A stretch of DNA of 64,000 bases from Betaproteobacteria bacterium (GTDB lineage Bacteria > Pseudomonadota > Gammaproteobacteria > Burkholderiales > SG8-41). The translations under genes and the position numbers were made by a program. Of this stretch, positions 18,723-27,928 are shown in pieces. Each line of letters opens with the position of its first letter. Positions within the stretch are counted from its first letter, which is position 1. The notes below the pieces were generated by a model that made no database searches, was not told the DNA's origin, and saw nothing but the letters and a program-made list of their open reading frames with translations. The stretch is taken from the NCBI GenBank assembly GCA_021730905.1, contig JAKFYK010000013.1:12871-76870 (forward strand), in the 5' to 3' direction.

Positions 18723-19579
18723 CGATTACCACTCTTGGCAGCCAGGCCATACACGGTCTTGCCGCGCAGGTGAAAAAGGTGCGTCGCGTTGTGAAAACTT
18801 TCCGAGTGACCAGCAAACAGCAATCCATCAGCCTGTAACAGCGGGGCAAACCGCTCTAGAATCGCCAGCTGCGTCGGCTTGTCGAAATAGATCATGACAT
18901 TGCGGCAAAAGATCACATCGAGCGGTCCGCGTACCGGCCAGCCGTCCTCGAGCAGGTTGATGCGCCGGAACGTCACCAGATTACGCAGTTCATCGCGCAC
19001 CCGGACCTTGCCGGCATTGCTGCCCTTGCCGCGTTTAAAAAAACGTTTGACGCGCTCGGCATCAAGCTTTTCCACGCGATCTTCGGTATAGATGCCTGCT
19101 TGTGCCGTGGCGAGCACGTTCGTGTCCACGTCGCTCGCGAGGATGCGCACCGGCGGCGTAAAGCTGCCAAAGGTTTCCACGGCGGTCATTGCGATCGTAT
19201 AAGGCTCTTCGCCGGTCGACGCAGCCGAGCACCAGATGGTCTGCGGGCGGGCGGCGCCGTTGCGCTGAAGGTGCTGCGCGAATATAGGAAAGTGGTGTGA
19301 CTCACGGAAAAACGCCGTGAGGTTGGTAGTCAGCGCATTGGTGAAGGCTTCGCATTCCGCCGCATCACCCGCTTCAACAATATCGAGATACGCGTCGAAA
19401 CTTTGCAGCCCGAGCTGGCGCAGCCGCCGCGCAAGCCGGCTGTAGACCATATCGCGCTTCGCCGGCGACAGCGAAATACCGGCGTGCCCGTATATCAGCT
19501 CCCTCACGCGATCAAAATCCTGATCGTGGAAATCAAAATCACGAAGCTGTGGCTGCCCCGTTGTGGCACTGAGTGTCAT
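18719..19579 (-). CDS. cheR: Chemotaxis methyltransferase
   Basis: It carries FFRESHHF, IWCSAASTGEEPYTIAM and IFCRNVMIYFD. Confidence 0.95.
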   Translation of the reverse strand: MTLSATTGQPQLRDFDFHDQDFDRVRELIYGHAGISLSPAKRDMVYSRLARRLRQLGLQSFDAYLDIVEAGDAAECEAFTNALTTNLTAFFRESHHFPIFAQHLQRNGAARPQTIWCSAASTGEEPYTIAMTAVETFGSFTPPVRILASDVDTNVLATAQAGIYTEDRVEKLDAERVKRFFKRGKGSNAGKVRVRDELRNLVTFRRINLLEDGWPVRGPLDVIFCRNVMIYFDKPTQLAILERFAPLLQADGLLFAGHSESFHNATHLFHLRGKTVYGLAAKSGNR

Positions 19580-19684
19580 GTCGATGGTCTTCTTGTCAAA
19601 AATTCACCAGCGGAAAGAAGGCCACCCGACCGCTGCGAACACAGTCATCGAGCCCATCTGGATTACTCCGATGGCCTATTACAT

Positions 19685-21192
19685 TAAGTATTTGTTTGAG
19701 AACAATATTATTGGTTTATATCTCAGAACTCCTGCCAATCCTCATCTGAGCCGACCGCCTTCTTCAGCGCAGGGGTGTTAGCAGCAGCCTTGCGTGCCGG
19801 TTTGCCCGTGGCTGCCTTAGCCGGCAGACGTGCGACATTCGCCGGACGCGGCGCACTTCTGCGCTCTGCAACACGCGCCGTGCCTTGCTGTGCCATCTTG
19901 AACTGCGACACCGACTGCACCAGATTGCCCGCCTGCTCCTGCATCGATTCCGCCGCAGCCGCCGCCTCTTCCACCAGCGCCGCGTTCTGCTGCGTCACCT
20001 CGTCCATCTGCGTGATCGCCTGGTTCACCTGCTCGATACCGCTGGATTGCTCCTGGGAGGCCGCCGTGATCTCCGCCATGATGTCGGTCACCCGCTTCAC
20101 CGAGTTCACGATCTCTTCCATGGTCTTGCCCGCTTCGTCCACCAGCTGCGAGCCCACATCCACCCGGCCCACCGAGTCTTCGATCAGTGCCTTGATCTCC
20201 TTCGCCGCGTTCGCACTTCTTTGCGCGAGGTTCCTCACCTCGGTGGCCACCACCGCGAAGCCGCGGCCCTGTTCACCCGCTCTGGCGGCTTCCACCGCCG
20301 CGTTCAGCGCCAGAATGTTGGTTTGGAATGCAATGCCGTCTATCGTACCGATGATGTCGGCGATCTTCTTGCTCGATTCGCTGATGCCGGTCATGGTGGT
20401 CACCACTTGTTTGACCACGTCTCCACCCTTCACCGCTACATCGGACGCGCTCACCGCCAGTTGATTGGCCTGCTTCGCGTTCTCCGCGTTCTGCTTGACC
20501 GTCGAGGTCAGCTCTTCCATCGAGGATGCTGTCTCCTCCAGGCTGGAGGCCTGCTCTTCCGTGCGCTGCGATAGATCCGTATTGCCCTGCGTAATCTCGC
20601 CCGAGGCCGTGTTGATGGTCTCCGAGGCTTCCTTGATCTGGTTAACGATCTCCGTCAGGTTCTCCACCGTCTTGTTCGAGTCGTCCATCAGCTTGCCGAA
20701 GGTGCCCTGATACTCGTTGCTCACCTTCTCCGTCAGGTCGCCCTTGGCCAGCGCGCCCAGCACCCGCGCCACTTCGTTCAGTCCCTTGTCCGAGGTCTGC
20801 ATCAGGCTGTTCAGCCCCGCCACCATCTTGCGGAACTCATACTCGAACTTCGCCTCATCGCCGCGCACCGTGAAGTCGCCACGGCCGGCCGCATCCACCA
20901 GCACCTGGATCTGCGCATTGACCGCCTGCAGGCTTGCCTTCACCCCGTCCATTGCCGTGGTGATCTGCGCTTTCTCGCCCGGCAGCTTGTCCATATCCAC
21001 TGACAGGTCGCCCTTCGCATACTGGCTCACTACTTCCACCAGCTTCGTTTGCACCGCTATGTGGGAGGCCACCAGTTCATTGGTCTTCTGCGCCATCTCC
21101 GCGTAGCTGCCCGAGAACGCCTTGTCGTCCATACGGTAGCTGATCGCCCCCGCATCGTGCTGCTGCTTCATCTCGCCTTGCGCCGATACGAA
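19685..21192. repeat. Copy A of a ~1.5 kb near-perfect direct repeat (3' two-thirds of mcp-1 plus 38 nt of 3' flank)
   Basis: It matches 25027-26534 at a constant offset of 5342. Three reading frames give identical translations in the ORF track. The only mismatch I saw is 19698 G against 25040 T. Confidence 0.9.
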
Positions 21193-21975
21193 TCCCTTCA
21201 GCACTTCCTGCATCTTCGACATCGAGGCAAGCAAGGCACCCGTCTCGTCCTTGGCACTCGCATCGATTGCATTGTCCAGTTTGCCAGCAGCGACTGCTTC
21301 CGCTACGGTGACGCTGCGAGCAAGCGGGCGAATCACCCGGACGCGCACCTGATGCATCACCAACGCAAGCCCGGCTAGGAGCATGACGAACATGGCACAG
21401 ATAGCCATGACGATAATTCGATGCGCAGTTGCAAAGCCGTTTTTCAGTTCTGCATCCACCACGTCGCCAATCTCCTTCGCGACCTCGCCCATCAAACGGG
21501 TCGGCTCGCGGTCTATTCCGCTTACCGCCTTGTCGCCTGCGACGTGATCAAAATCCGCGTTTTTAAAGGCTTCCAGCCCTGCGCGGTACGCCACTGCCAT
21601 TTTTTCGTGCGCAGCATTGAACTTAACAATCAGTTCTTTTGCTTTCGGCTGCTCAACCTTTCCGGCAATCTTCAAACCAAGCGCGCGGACCACCTTCTCC
21701 CGCTCAACGAACCCCTTCCAGTACTGGTCAAGGCGCTTGGGATCCTTGCCGCGCAGAAGCACGTTCTTCCACTCCTGCACCTGCTCCTTGAACTGGGTTG
21801 CCATCTCGAGCACTTCGGCTTTCGTCTTAAGCGATGTATCGCTCGCGTGCTCGAAGCTGGTAATCGTCTGCCACAACATGCCCAGTCCGATGCCACCCGC
21901 GAGCCCAAGCAAGAGCAACGGTATTCCTGCAACGACCAGTAAACGAACTTGAAGACTCTTCGACATGGCTTTCAT
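19723..21975 (-). CDS. Methyl-accepting chemotaxis protein (mcp-1)
   Basis: It has two TM segments flanking a ~150-aa helical periplasmic domain, HAMP-like repeats, and the conserved hairpin tip ([40 protein letters not shown]). The C-terminus is DWQEF. Confidence 0.95.
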   Translation of the reverse strand: MKAMSKSLQVRLLVVAGIPLLLLGLAGGIGLGMLWQTITSFEHASDTSLKTKAEVLEMATQFKEQVQEWKNVLLRGKDPKRLDQYWKGFVEREKVVRALGLKIAGKVEQPKAKELIVKFNAAHEKMAVAYRAGLEAFKNADFDHVAGDKAVSGIDREPTRLMGEVAKEIGDVVDAELKNGFATAHRIIVMAICAMFVMLLAGLALVMHQVRVRVIRPLARSVTVAEAVAAGKLDNAIDASAKDETGALLASMSKMQEVLKGFVSAQGEMKQQHDAGAISYRMDDKAFSGSYAEMAQKTNELVASHIAVQTKLVEVVSQYAKGDLSVDMDKLPGEKAQITTAMDGVKASLQAVNAQIQVLVDAAGRGDFTVRGDEAKFEYEFRKMVAGLNSLMQTSDKGLNEVARVLGALAKGDLTEKVSNEYQGTFGKLMDDSNKTVENLTEIVNQIKEASETINTASGEITQGNTDLSQRTEEQASSLEETASSMEELTSTVKQNAENAKQANQLAVSASDVAVKGGDVVKQVVTTMTGISESSKKIADIIGTIDGIAFQTNILALNAAVEAARAGEQGRGFAVVATEVRNLAQRSANAAKEIKALIEDSVGRVDVGSQLVDEAGKTMEEIVNSVKRVTDIMAEITAASQEQSSGIEQVNQAITQMDEVTQQNAALVEEAAAAAESMQEQAGNLVQSVSQFKMAQQGTARVAERRSAPRPANVARLPAKAATGKPARKAAANTPALKKAVGSDEDWQEF

Positions 21976-22122
21976 ATTGAGTTCCAGTGTTCTATCAGTT
22001 ACAGCTTCGTGGACCTGCTCCTGCTGTTCCGCGATGCAGTAAATGTTTCTGTTAATCGCACCCGGTTATTCAACTAAAATCGGTACCCATAAACAGTCTT
22101 TGCTGCAATAACAGTACTGGCA

Positions 22123-22145
22123 GCCGGCGGCTTACAGCCGCCGGC
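22123..22145 (-). terminator. GC-rich hairpin just 3' of mcp-2 (possible terminator; no clear U-tract)
   Basis: GCCGGCGGC (22123-22131), loop TTACA, then GCCGCCGGC (22137-22145). The stem is a perfect 9 bp. Confidence 0.45.
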
Positions 22146-22153
22146 GCTTCTGA

Positions 22154-24418
22154 CTAGAACTCCTGCCAGTCGTCATCTGAGCCAACCGCCTTCTTCAGCG
22201 CAGGTGCGTTGGCAGGGGCCTTGCGTGCCGGTTTGCCCGTGGCTGCCTTAGCCGGCAGACGTGCGACATTCGCCGGACGCGGCGCACTTCTGCGCTCTGC
22301 AACACGCGCCGTGCCTTGCTGTGCCAGCTTGAACTGCGACACCGACTGCACCAGATTGCCCGCCTGCTCCTGCATACTCTCCGCCGCAGCCGCCGCCTCT
22401 TCCACCAGTGCTGCGTTCTGCTGCGTCACCTCGTCCATCTGCGTGATCGCCTGGTTCACCTGCTCGATACCACTGGATTGCTCCTGGCTCGCCGCCGTTA
22501 TCTCCGCCATGATGTCGGTCACCCGTTTGACCGAGCTGACAACTTCATCCATGGTTTGACCCGCCTGATCCACCAGTTGTGTACCAGCAGCAACCTTACT
22601 CACCGAGTCGGTAATCAATTCTTTGATTTCTTTGGCCGCGTTGGCCGAGCGGTGCGCGAGGTTCCTCACCTCGGTCGCCACCACCGCAAAGCCACGGCCC
22701 TGTTCACCGGCTCTGGCGGCTTCCACTGCCGCGTTCAGCGCCAGGATGTTGGTCTGGAACGCGATCCCGTCTATGGTGCCGATGATGTCGGCTATCTTCT
22801 TGCTCGATTCCGAGATTCCGCTCATCGTCGTCACTACCTGCTTGACCACGTCCCCACCCTTAACCGCCACGTCCGACGCACCTACTGCCAATTGATTGGC
22901 CTGCTTCGCGTTCTCCGCGTTCTGCTTCACCGTGCTGGTCAGTTCTTCCATGCTGGAAGCGGTTTCTTCCAGCGAACTCGCTTGTTCTTCCGTGCGCTGC
23001 GACAGATCCGTGTTGCCCTGCGTAATCTCGCCCGATGCCGTGTTGATAGTCTCGATTGCTTCCTTGATCTGGTTCACGATCGCCGTCAGGTTCTCCACTG
23101 TTTTGTTACAGTCGTCCTTGAGCGATCCGAACGTACCGGCGTACTCATTGCTGATCTTCTCCGTCAGATCGCCTTTGGCCAGCGCGCCCAGCACGCGTGC
23201 CACTTCGTTCAGCCCCGTGTCCGAGGTCTGCATCAGGCTGTTCAGCCCTGCCACCATCTTGCGGAACTCGTATTCGAACTTCGCTTCATCACCGCGTACT
23301 GTGAAATCGCCGCGACCTGCTGCATCCACCAGCACCTGGATCTGCGCTGCCACGGCCTGCAGGTTAGCTTTCACCCCGTCTATCGCCGTAGTGATCTTTG
23401 CTTTCTCGCCCGGCAGTTTGTCCATGTCCACCGACAGGTCGCCCTTCGCATACTGGCTCACCACTTCCATCACGCGCGTTTGCACCGTAATGTGGGAGGC
23501 CACCAGTTCGTTCGTCTTCTGCGCCATCTCGGCGTAGCTGCCCGAGAATTGCTTGTCGTCTATGCGGTAGCTGATCGTCCCCGCATCGTGCTGTTGCTTC
23601 ATCTCGCCTTGCGCCGATACAAAATCCTTGATCGTCTGCCGCATCATGGTAAGTCCGCGGCAAAGGTCGGCGATCTGGTCGCGTCCTTCGACGTTGATAT
23701 GCGAGGTGAAGTCGCCTTCGGCACAGCACTTCATGGCGCCCGCAAGCATATTGATCTGCTTGAGAAGCATGCGCGTGATCAGCAACGACACCAAAGCCGT
23801 AAGAAGTATGGCTGCGGCCAGCGCCACGACCAGCACGATAAGCATATTGCGCTGCGACTTGCTCAATTCCTTGCGTGCGTCCTCGGCCAACGCTTTCTGC
23901 TGCCCACTGAATGCACCCAGCTGCTTGCTAAGCACAAGGAACTTTTGGTCAGCGCCTTGCATGGTCATCTCGGCAACGTTGATATCCATGTCGGCGGCAT
24001 CGCTGGCTTCCTTCGCCACCTTGATGTAGATCTGCAACGCCTTCAGCGCCTCGCCGCGCATGCTGCGCCCTACCGCATCGAGCGATTGGTCGTCGATGCG
24101 CTCGACCAGCAGCATCTGTGCCTCTCCGGCGTGGCCTCTGTGAGATTTGAGAATCTTGTCAAGAATTTCCTGCTTGGCATTGATACGGACGGCAGACAGC
24201 ATGCGGTACAGCGCGCTGTGCGCTTCGGCAAGCTTGCGCTCGCTGTCCTGAACCGTCTGCAGGACATGCAGTTGGCCCGCCAGATCAACGTTGATGCGAT
24301 GCTCCTGCGCCCTGAGCATCCACCAGCACAGCACCCCAAAAATGAGGAACAGTGCGAGTGCGAAGCCGGGCGCAAGCGCGATCTTGACCGGAAGGGTCAG
24401 ACGATTGGATAGAGACAC
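22154..24418 (-). CDS. Methyl-accepting chemotaxis protein (mcp-2)
   Basis: Its architecture matches mcp-1 and mcp-3, with a different helical periplasmic domain. The signalling cassette is a diverged, mosaic copy. The C-terminus is DWQEF. Confidence 0.95.
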   Translation of the reverse strand: MSLSNRLTLPVKIALAPGFALALFLIFGVLCWWMLRAQEHRINVDLAGQLHVLQTVQDSERKLAEAHSALYRMLSAVRINAKQEILDKILKSHRGHAGEAQMLLVERIDDQSLDAVGRSMRGEALKALQIYIKVAKEASDAADMDINVAEMTMQGADQKFLVLSKQLGAFSGQQKALAEDARKELSKSQRNMLIVLVVALAAAILLTALVSLLITRMLLKQINMLAGAMKCCAEGDFTSHINVEGRDQIADLCRGLTMMRQTIKDFVSAQGEMKQQHDAGTISYRIDDKQFSGSYAEMAQKTNELVASHITVQTRVMEVVSQYAKGDLSVDMDKLPGEKAKITTAIDGVKANLQAVAAQIQVLVDAAGRGDFTVRGDEAKFEYEFRKMVAGLNSLMQTSDTGLNEVARVLGALAKGDLTEKISNEYAGTFGSLKDDCNKTVENLTAIVNQIKEAIETINTASGEITQGNTDLSQRTEEQASSLEETASSMEELTSTVKQNAENAKQANQLAVGASDVAVKGGDVVKQVVTTMSGISESSKKIADIIGTIDGIAFQTNILALNAAVEAARAGEQGRGFAVVATEVRNLAHRSANAAKEIKELITDSVSKVAAGTQLVDQAGQTMDEVVSSVKRVTDIMAEITAASQEQSSGIEQVNQAITQMDEVTQQNAALVEEAAAAAESMQEQAGNLVQSVSQFKLAQQGTARVAERRSAPRPANVARLPAKAATGKPARKAPANAPALKKAVGSDDDWQEF

Positions 24419-24466
24419 GGGGTTTCCTGCGTGACGAGAGATTGAAGGTTAAAGACCAGGTGACGA

Positions 24467-24934
24467 TCAGGCACCGTCCTTGTAGACGCCGCCGCACAAC
24501 ACGAGGTCGCCTTCCTTCTCGCAATACATCTGCTTGGGCAGCACTTTCTTCGTGAGAGGGTCGGTAAACTTGTAGTCCTGCCAGAATTTCCCTTTCGACT
24601 TGGCCAGATCCACGCGCTCCTTCACGAACAGCTTCCCATCCGGATCCTTCAGATCGATCAGGGACTTGCCCACTTGCCTGGGATTCTGGCCATGCGCGAT
24701 GACATTGCCGCTCAAGTCGTAGATCACGAGGTACAGATCGCGATCGACAAAGCTCTTGCTCGGCGCGGTAAATTCGACTGCCGCCTTGTCCTTGCCGCTC
24801 TTCTTGAGCAGATCCATTCCCTTGGCGACCATCTTCTCCGCGTCGGCGCGGGTGGCACGCGATTCCTGCGCCATGGCGCCGCTAACGGACATCGCCATCG
24901 CAACAGCTACAGCAACTGCTTTAAGCTTCAACAT
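24467..24934 (-). CDS. Secreted stand-alone single-Cache (sCache_2-like) domain protein
   Basis: A signal peptide is present (MLKLKAVAVAVAMAMSVSGAMAQE). The Cache-like core reads DLYLVIYDLSGNVIAHGQNPRQVGKSLIDLKDPDGKLFVKERV...FWQDYKFTDPLTKKVLPKQMYCEKEGDLVLCGGVY. There is no TM or output domain. Confidence 0.75.
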   Translation of the reverse strand: MLKLKAVAVAVAMAMSVSGAMAQESRATRADAEKMVAKGMDLLKKSGKDKAAVEFTAPSKSFVDRDLYLVIYDLSGNVIAHGQNPRQVGKSLIDLKDPDGKLFVKERVDLAKSKGKFWQDYKFTDPLTKKVLPKQMYCEKEGDLVLCGGVYKDGA

Positions 24935-25026
24935 GCTCTATCTCCTGTTATGGCATTGACGAGGACACCGGAATGGCGCCGGAACGGCTCCATGCTCCCG
25001 ATTTATCCGCGCAATGCGTATCTAAG

Positions 25027-26534
25027 TAAGTATTTGTTTTAGAACAATATTATTGGTTTATATCTCAGAACTCCTGCCAATCCTCATCTGAGCCGACCGC
25101 CTTCTTCAGCGCAGGGGTGTTAGCAGCAGCCTTGCGTGCCGGTTTGCCCGTGGCTGCCTTAGCCGGCAGACGTGCGACATTCGCCGGACGCGGCGCACTT
25201 CTGCGCTCTGCAACACGCGCCGTGCCTTGCTGTGCCATCTTGAACTGCGACACCGACTGCACCAGATTGCCCGCCTGCTCCTGCATCGATTCCGCCGCAG
25301 CCGCCGCCTCTTCCACCAGCGCCGCGTTCTGCTGCGTCACCTCGTCCATCTGCGTGATCGCCTGGTTCACCTGCTCGATACCGCTGGATTGCTCCTGGGA
25401 GGCCGCCGTGATCTCCGCCATGATGTCGGTCACCCGCTTCACCGAGTTCACGATCTCTTCCATGGTCTTGCCCGCTTCGTCCACCAGCTGCGAGCCCACA
25501 TCCACCCGGCCCACCGAGTCTTCGATCAGTGCCTTGATCTCCTTCGCCGCGTTCGCACTTCTTTGCGCGAGGTTCCTCACCTCGGTGGCCACCACCGCGA
25601 AGCCGCGGCCCTGTTCACCCGCTCTGGCGGCTTCCACCGCCGCGTTCAGCGCCAGAATGTTGGTTTGGAATGCAATGCCGTCTATCGTACCGATGATGTC
25701 GGCGATCTTCTTGCTCGATTCGCTGATGCCGGTCATGGTGGTCACCACTTGTTTGACCACGTCTCCACCCTTCACCGCTACATCGGACGCGCTCACCGCC
25801 AGTTGATTGGCCTGCTTCGCGTTCTCCGCGTTCTGCTTGACCGTCGAGGTCAGCTCTTCCATCGAGGATGCTGTCTCCTCCAGGCTGGAGGCCTGCTCTT
25901 CCGTGCGCTGCGATAGATCCGTATTGCCCTGCGTAATCTCGCCCGAGGCCGTGTTGATGGTCTCCGAGGCTTCCTTGATCTGGTTAACGATCTCCGTCAG
26001 GTTCTCCACCGTCTTGTTCGAGTCGTCCATCAGCTTGCCGAAGGTGCCCTGATACTCGTTGCTCACCTTCTCCGTCAGGTCGCCCTTGGCCAGCGCGCCC
26101 AGCACCCGCGCCACTTCGTTCAGTCCCTTGTCCGAGGTCTGCATCAGGCTGTTCAGCCCCGCCACCATCTTGCGGAACTCATACTCGAACTTCGCCTCAT
26201 CGCCGCGCACCGTGAAGTCGCCACGGCCGGCCGCATCCACCAGCACCTGGATCTGCGCATTGACCGCCTGCAGGCTTGCCTTCACCCCGTCCATTGCCGT
26301 GGTGATCTGCGCTTTCTCGCCCGGCAGCTTGTCCATATCCACTGACAGGTCGCCCTTCGCATACTGGCTCACTACTTCCACCAGCTTCGTTTGCACCGCT
26401 ATGTGGGAGGCCACCAGTTCATTGGTCTTCTGCGCCATCTCCGCGTAGCTGCCCGAGAACGCCTTGTCGTCCATACGGTAGCTGATCGCCCCCGCATCGT
26501 GCTGCTGCTTCATCTCGCCTTGCGCCGATACGAA
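25027..26534. repeat. Copy B of the ~1.5 kb near-perfect direct repeat
   Basis: See copy A. Identity ends abruptly at 26534/21192, the codons encoding ...FVSAQGEM. Confidence 0.9.
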
Positions 26535-27317
26535 GGACTTGAGAGTCTCCATCATCTTTTGCATGGCCGAGAGCAACGGACCGATTTCGTCTTGGGTAAC
26601 GATGTCAATGTTTCGGCTTAAGTCCCCGGCCGCCACGGCCTCTGCCACCGCAGCTGCCAGCTGCAGCGGACGCACTATCGCCCGCACCAGAAAAAATCCA
26701 CTCACGGCCGCCAGCAAAATGCCCAGCACGATGGCGGCAATTGAAATATTGCGCGTTCTCTCGAAGCGGCTGACCGCATCCTTGAATTCCTGTTGGGCCA
26801 CGTCGTTCTGCAGCTTGACAAGCGCCGCAACACCCTCGTCCACCGGTCTGAAAAGTTTACGGGTCACTTCCAGGAGGTGACTTTTAGCCTGCTCAGCCTT
26901 ACCGGCACGCAGCAAATCGACCGGGACCTTCAAGCCTTCTTCGACGAACCGCTTCCTGTCTTCGGCAAACTTGTTGGCCAGCGTCTTCTCCTCGGGCGTG
27001 AGATAGGTCGCCATGTAGGCTTCCCAAATCTTGTTAATCTTGCCGCTCCGTTCCTCAATGGCGTTCAAGTTTCTCTTGATTTCGTCGGCCTCCGGATTCA
27101 TCACCGCACTGGTGAGATCGAGGCGGTTACGCACGGACATGGACTGGATTTGCGACACCTGTCCCAGCGGGACCATCCGGTCTTGGTAAATGCCCTGCAT
27201 CCCCTTGTTGGCTGTGCTCATGCCCCACAGTCCCATACCGCCTATCGCAATCAACAACAGCGACAGCAGGCCTATCGTAAAAATCAGGCGAAATTTGATG
27301 GTCATATTCTTGAACAT
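25065..27317 (-). CDS. Methyl-accepting chemotaxis protein (mcp-3; 4-helix-bundle type sensor)
   Basis: The N-terminus is typical of 4HB MCPs ([29 protein letters not shown]...[14 protein letters not shown]). The C-terminal 489 aa are identical to mcp-1. Confidence 0.95.
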   Translation of the reverse strand: MFKNMTIKFRLIFTIGLLSLLLIAIGGMGLWGMSTANKGMQGIYQDRMVPLGQVSQIQSMSVRNRLDLTSAVMNPEADEIKRNLNAIEERSGKINKIWEAYMATYLTPEEKTLANKFAEDRKRFVEEGLKVPVDLLRAGKAEQAKSHLLEVTRKLFRPVDEGVAALVKLQNDVAQQEFKDAVSRFERTRNISIAAIVLGILLAAVSGFFLVRAIVRPLQLAAAVAEAVAAGDLSRNIDIVTQDEIGPLLSAMQKMMETLKSFVSAQGEMKQQHDAGAISYRMDDKAFSGSYAEMAQKTNELVASHIAVQTKLVEVVSQYAKGDLSVDMDKLPGEKAQITTAMDGVKASLQAVNAQIQVLVDAAGRGDFTVRGDEAKFEYEFRKMVAGLNSLMQTSDKGLNEVARVLGALAKGDLTEKVSNEYQGTFGKLMDDSNKTVENLTEIVNQIKEASETINTASGEITQGNTDLSQRTEEQASSLEETASSMEELTSTVKQNAENAKQANQLAVSASDVAVKGGDVVKQVVTTMTGISESSKKIADIIGTIDGIAFQTNILALNAAVEAARAGEQGRGFAVVATEVRNLAQRSANAAKEIKALIEDSVGRVDVGSQLVDEAGKTMEEIVNSVKRVTDIMAEITAASQEQSSGIEQVNQAITQMDEVTQQNAALVEEAAAAAESMQEQAGNLVQSVSQFKMAQQGTARVAERRSAPRPANVARLPAKAATGKPARKAAANTPALKKAVGSDEDWQEF

Positions 27318-27360
27318 GATTGTTCTCCAGTGTTCGTTTGCGAAAAATCGTCAGGTACTG

Positions 27361-27879
27361 TTAATGGATCGATGCTTCGACCAGCGCCATGTCGGGGCTG
27401 GTCATCAGTTTTTCGATGTTGATCAGGATCAGCATGCGCTGCTCGACCGTGCCCAGGCCCGTGATGTACTGGGTGTCGAAGGCCGAAGAGAATTCCGGCG
27501 CCGGCCGAATCTTGCTCGCCGGCAGTGTCAACACATCCGACACCGAGTCGACCACCATGCCGACGATGCGTCCCGCCACGTTGAGGATGATCACCACCGT
27601 GAACATGTCGTAGCCCGCTTCGCCCAGCGCAAACTTGATGCGCATATCCACGATCGGCACGATGGTGCCGCGCAGATTGATGACGCCCTTGATGAATTGC
27701 GGCGCATTGGCAATCTGGGTGGGTTGTTCCCAGCCGCGGATTTCCTGTACTTTGAGAATTTCGACACCGTATTCCTCCTTGCCGAGACGGAAAGTCAGAA
27801 ATTCGTGTGTCTGTTCGCCCGACAGGGCAGCCATCGGGGCCGCCGTCGGTGTTGCCTGTGTGGTCTGCTGAAGCATCAT
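27361..27879 (-). CDS. cheW: Chemotaxis coupling protein
   Basis: I chose the ATG at 27879 because an AAGGAG site sits 6 nt upstream. It carries [38 protein letters not shown] and VVDSVSDV. Confidence 0.93.
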   Translation of the reverse strand: MMLQQTTQATPTAAPMAALSGEQTHEFLTFRLGKEEYGVEILKVQEIRGWEQPTQIANAPQFIKGVINLRGTIVPIVDMRIKFALGEAGYDMFTVVIILNVAGRIVGMVVDSVSDVLTLPASKIRPAPEFSSAFDTQYITGLGTVEQRMLILINIEKLMTSPDMALVEASIH

Positions 27880-27928
27880 TTGGTTCTCCTTTAATAATGT
27901 CGTTTTAATGTCGTTCGTGTCAGGACTC

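Noticed and set aside
22077-22102. A weak sigma-28-like element upstream of mcp-1. The minus strand reads CAAAGACT...ACCGATTT.
   Set aside because: Both hexamers and octamers are degenerate, the spacer is one nucleotide short, and there is no TAAAGTC core as at the other five sites. It is not distinguishable from chance.
22316-24412. A 698-aa ORF on the plus strand exactly antisense to mcp-2. Similar long antisense ORFs occur at 19775-20574 and 25117-25916 (opposite mcp-1 and mcp-3), 27908-29152 and 29136-30446 (opposite cheA), 35360-36364 (opposite fliG and fliH), 14186-14953 (opposite fliT and the FliK-like gene), 15950-16444 (opposite ycgR) and 17199-18063 (opposite cheB).
   Set aside because: Their translations are Arg/His/Leu-rich and low-complexity, with no recognisable motifs. 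The opposite strand encodes unmistakable conserved proteins. Long stop-free antisense frames are expected in GC-rich genes with strong codon bias.
25003-25010. A good sigma-28 -10 octamer (minus strand GCGGATAA) upstream of the Cache gene.
   Set aside because: No TAAAG-type -35 element lies at the required distance; the sequence there is CTTACTTA. A lone -10 match is insufficient.
19685-26534. Whether the 1.5 kb repeats are copies of a mobile element.
   Set aside because: Both copies lie wholly within MCP coding sequence plus a short 3' flank. There is no transposase, no terminal inverted repeats and no target-site duplication. This is gene duplication or conversion, not an IS element.
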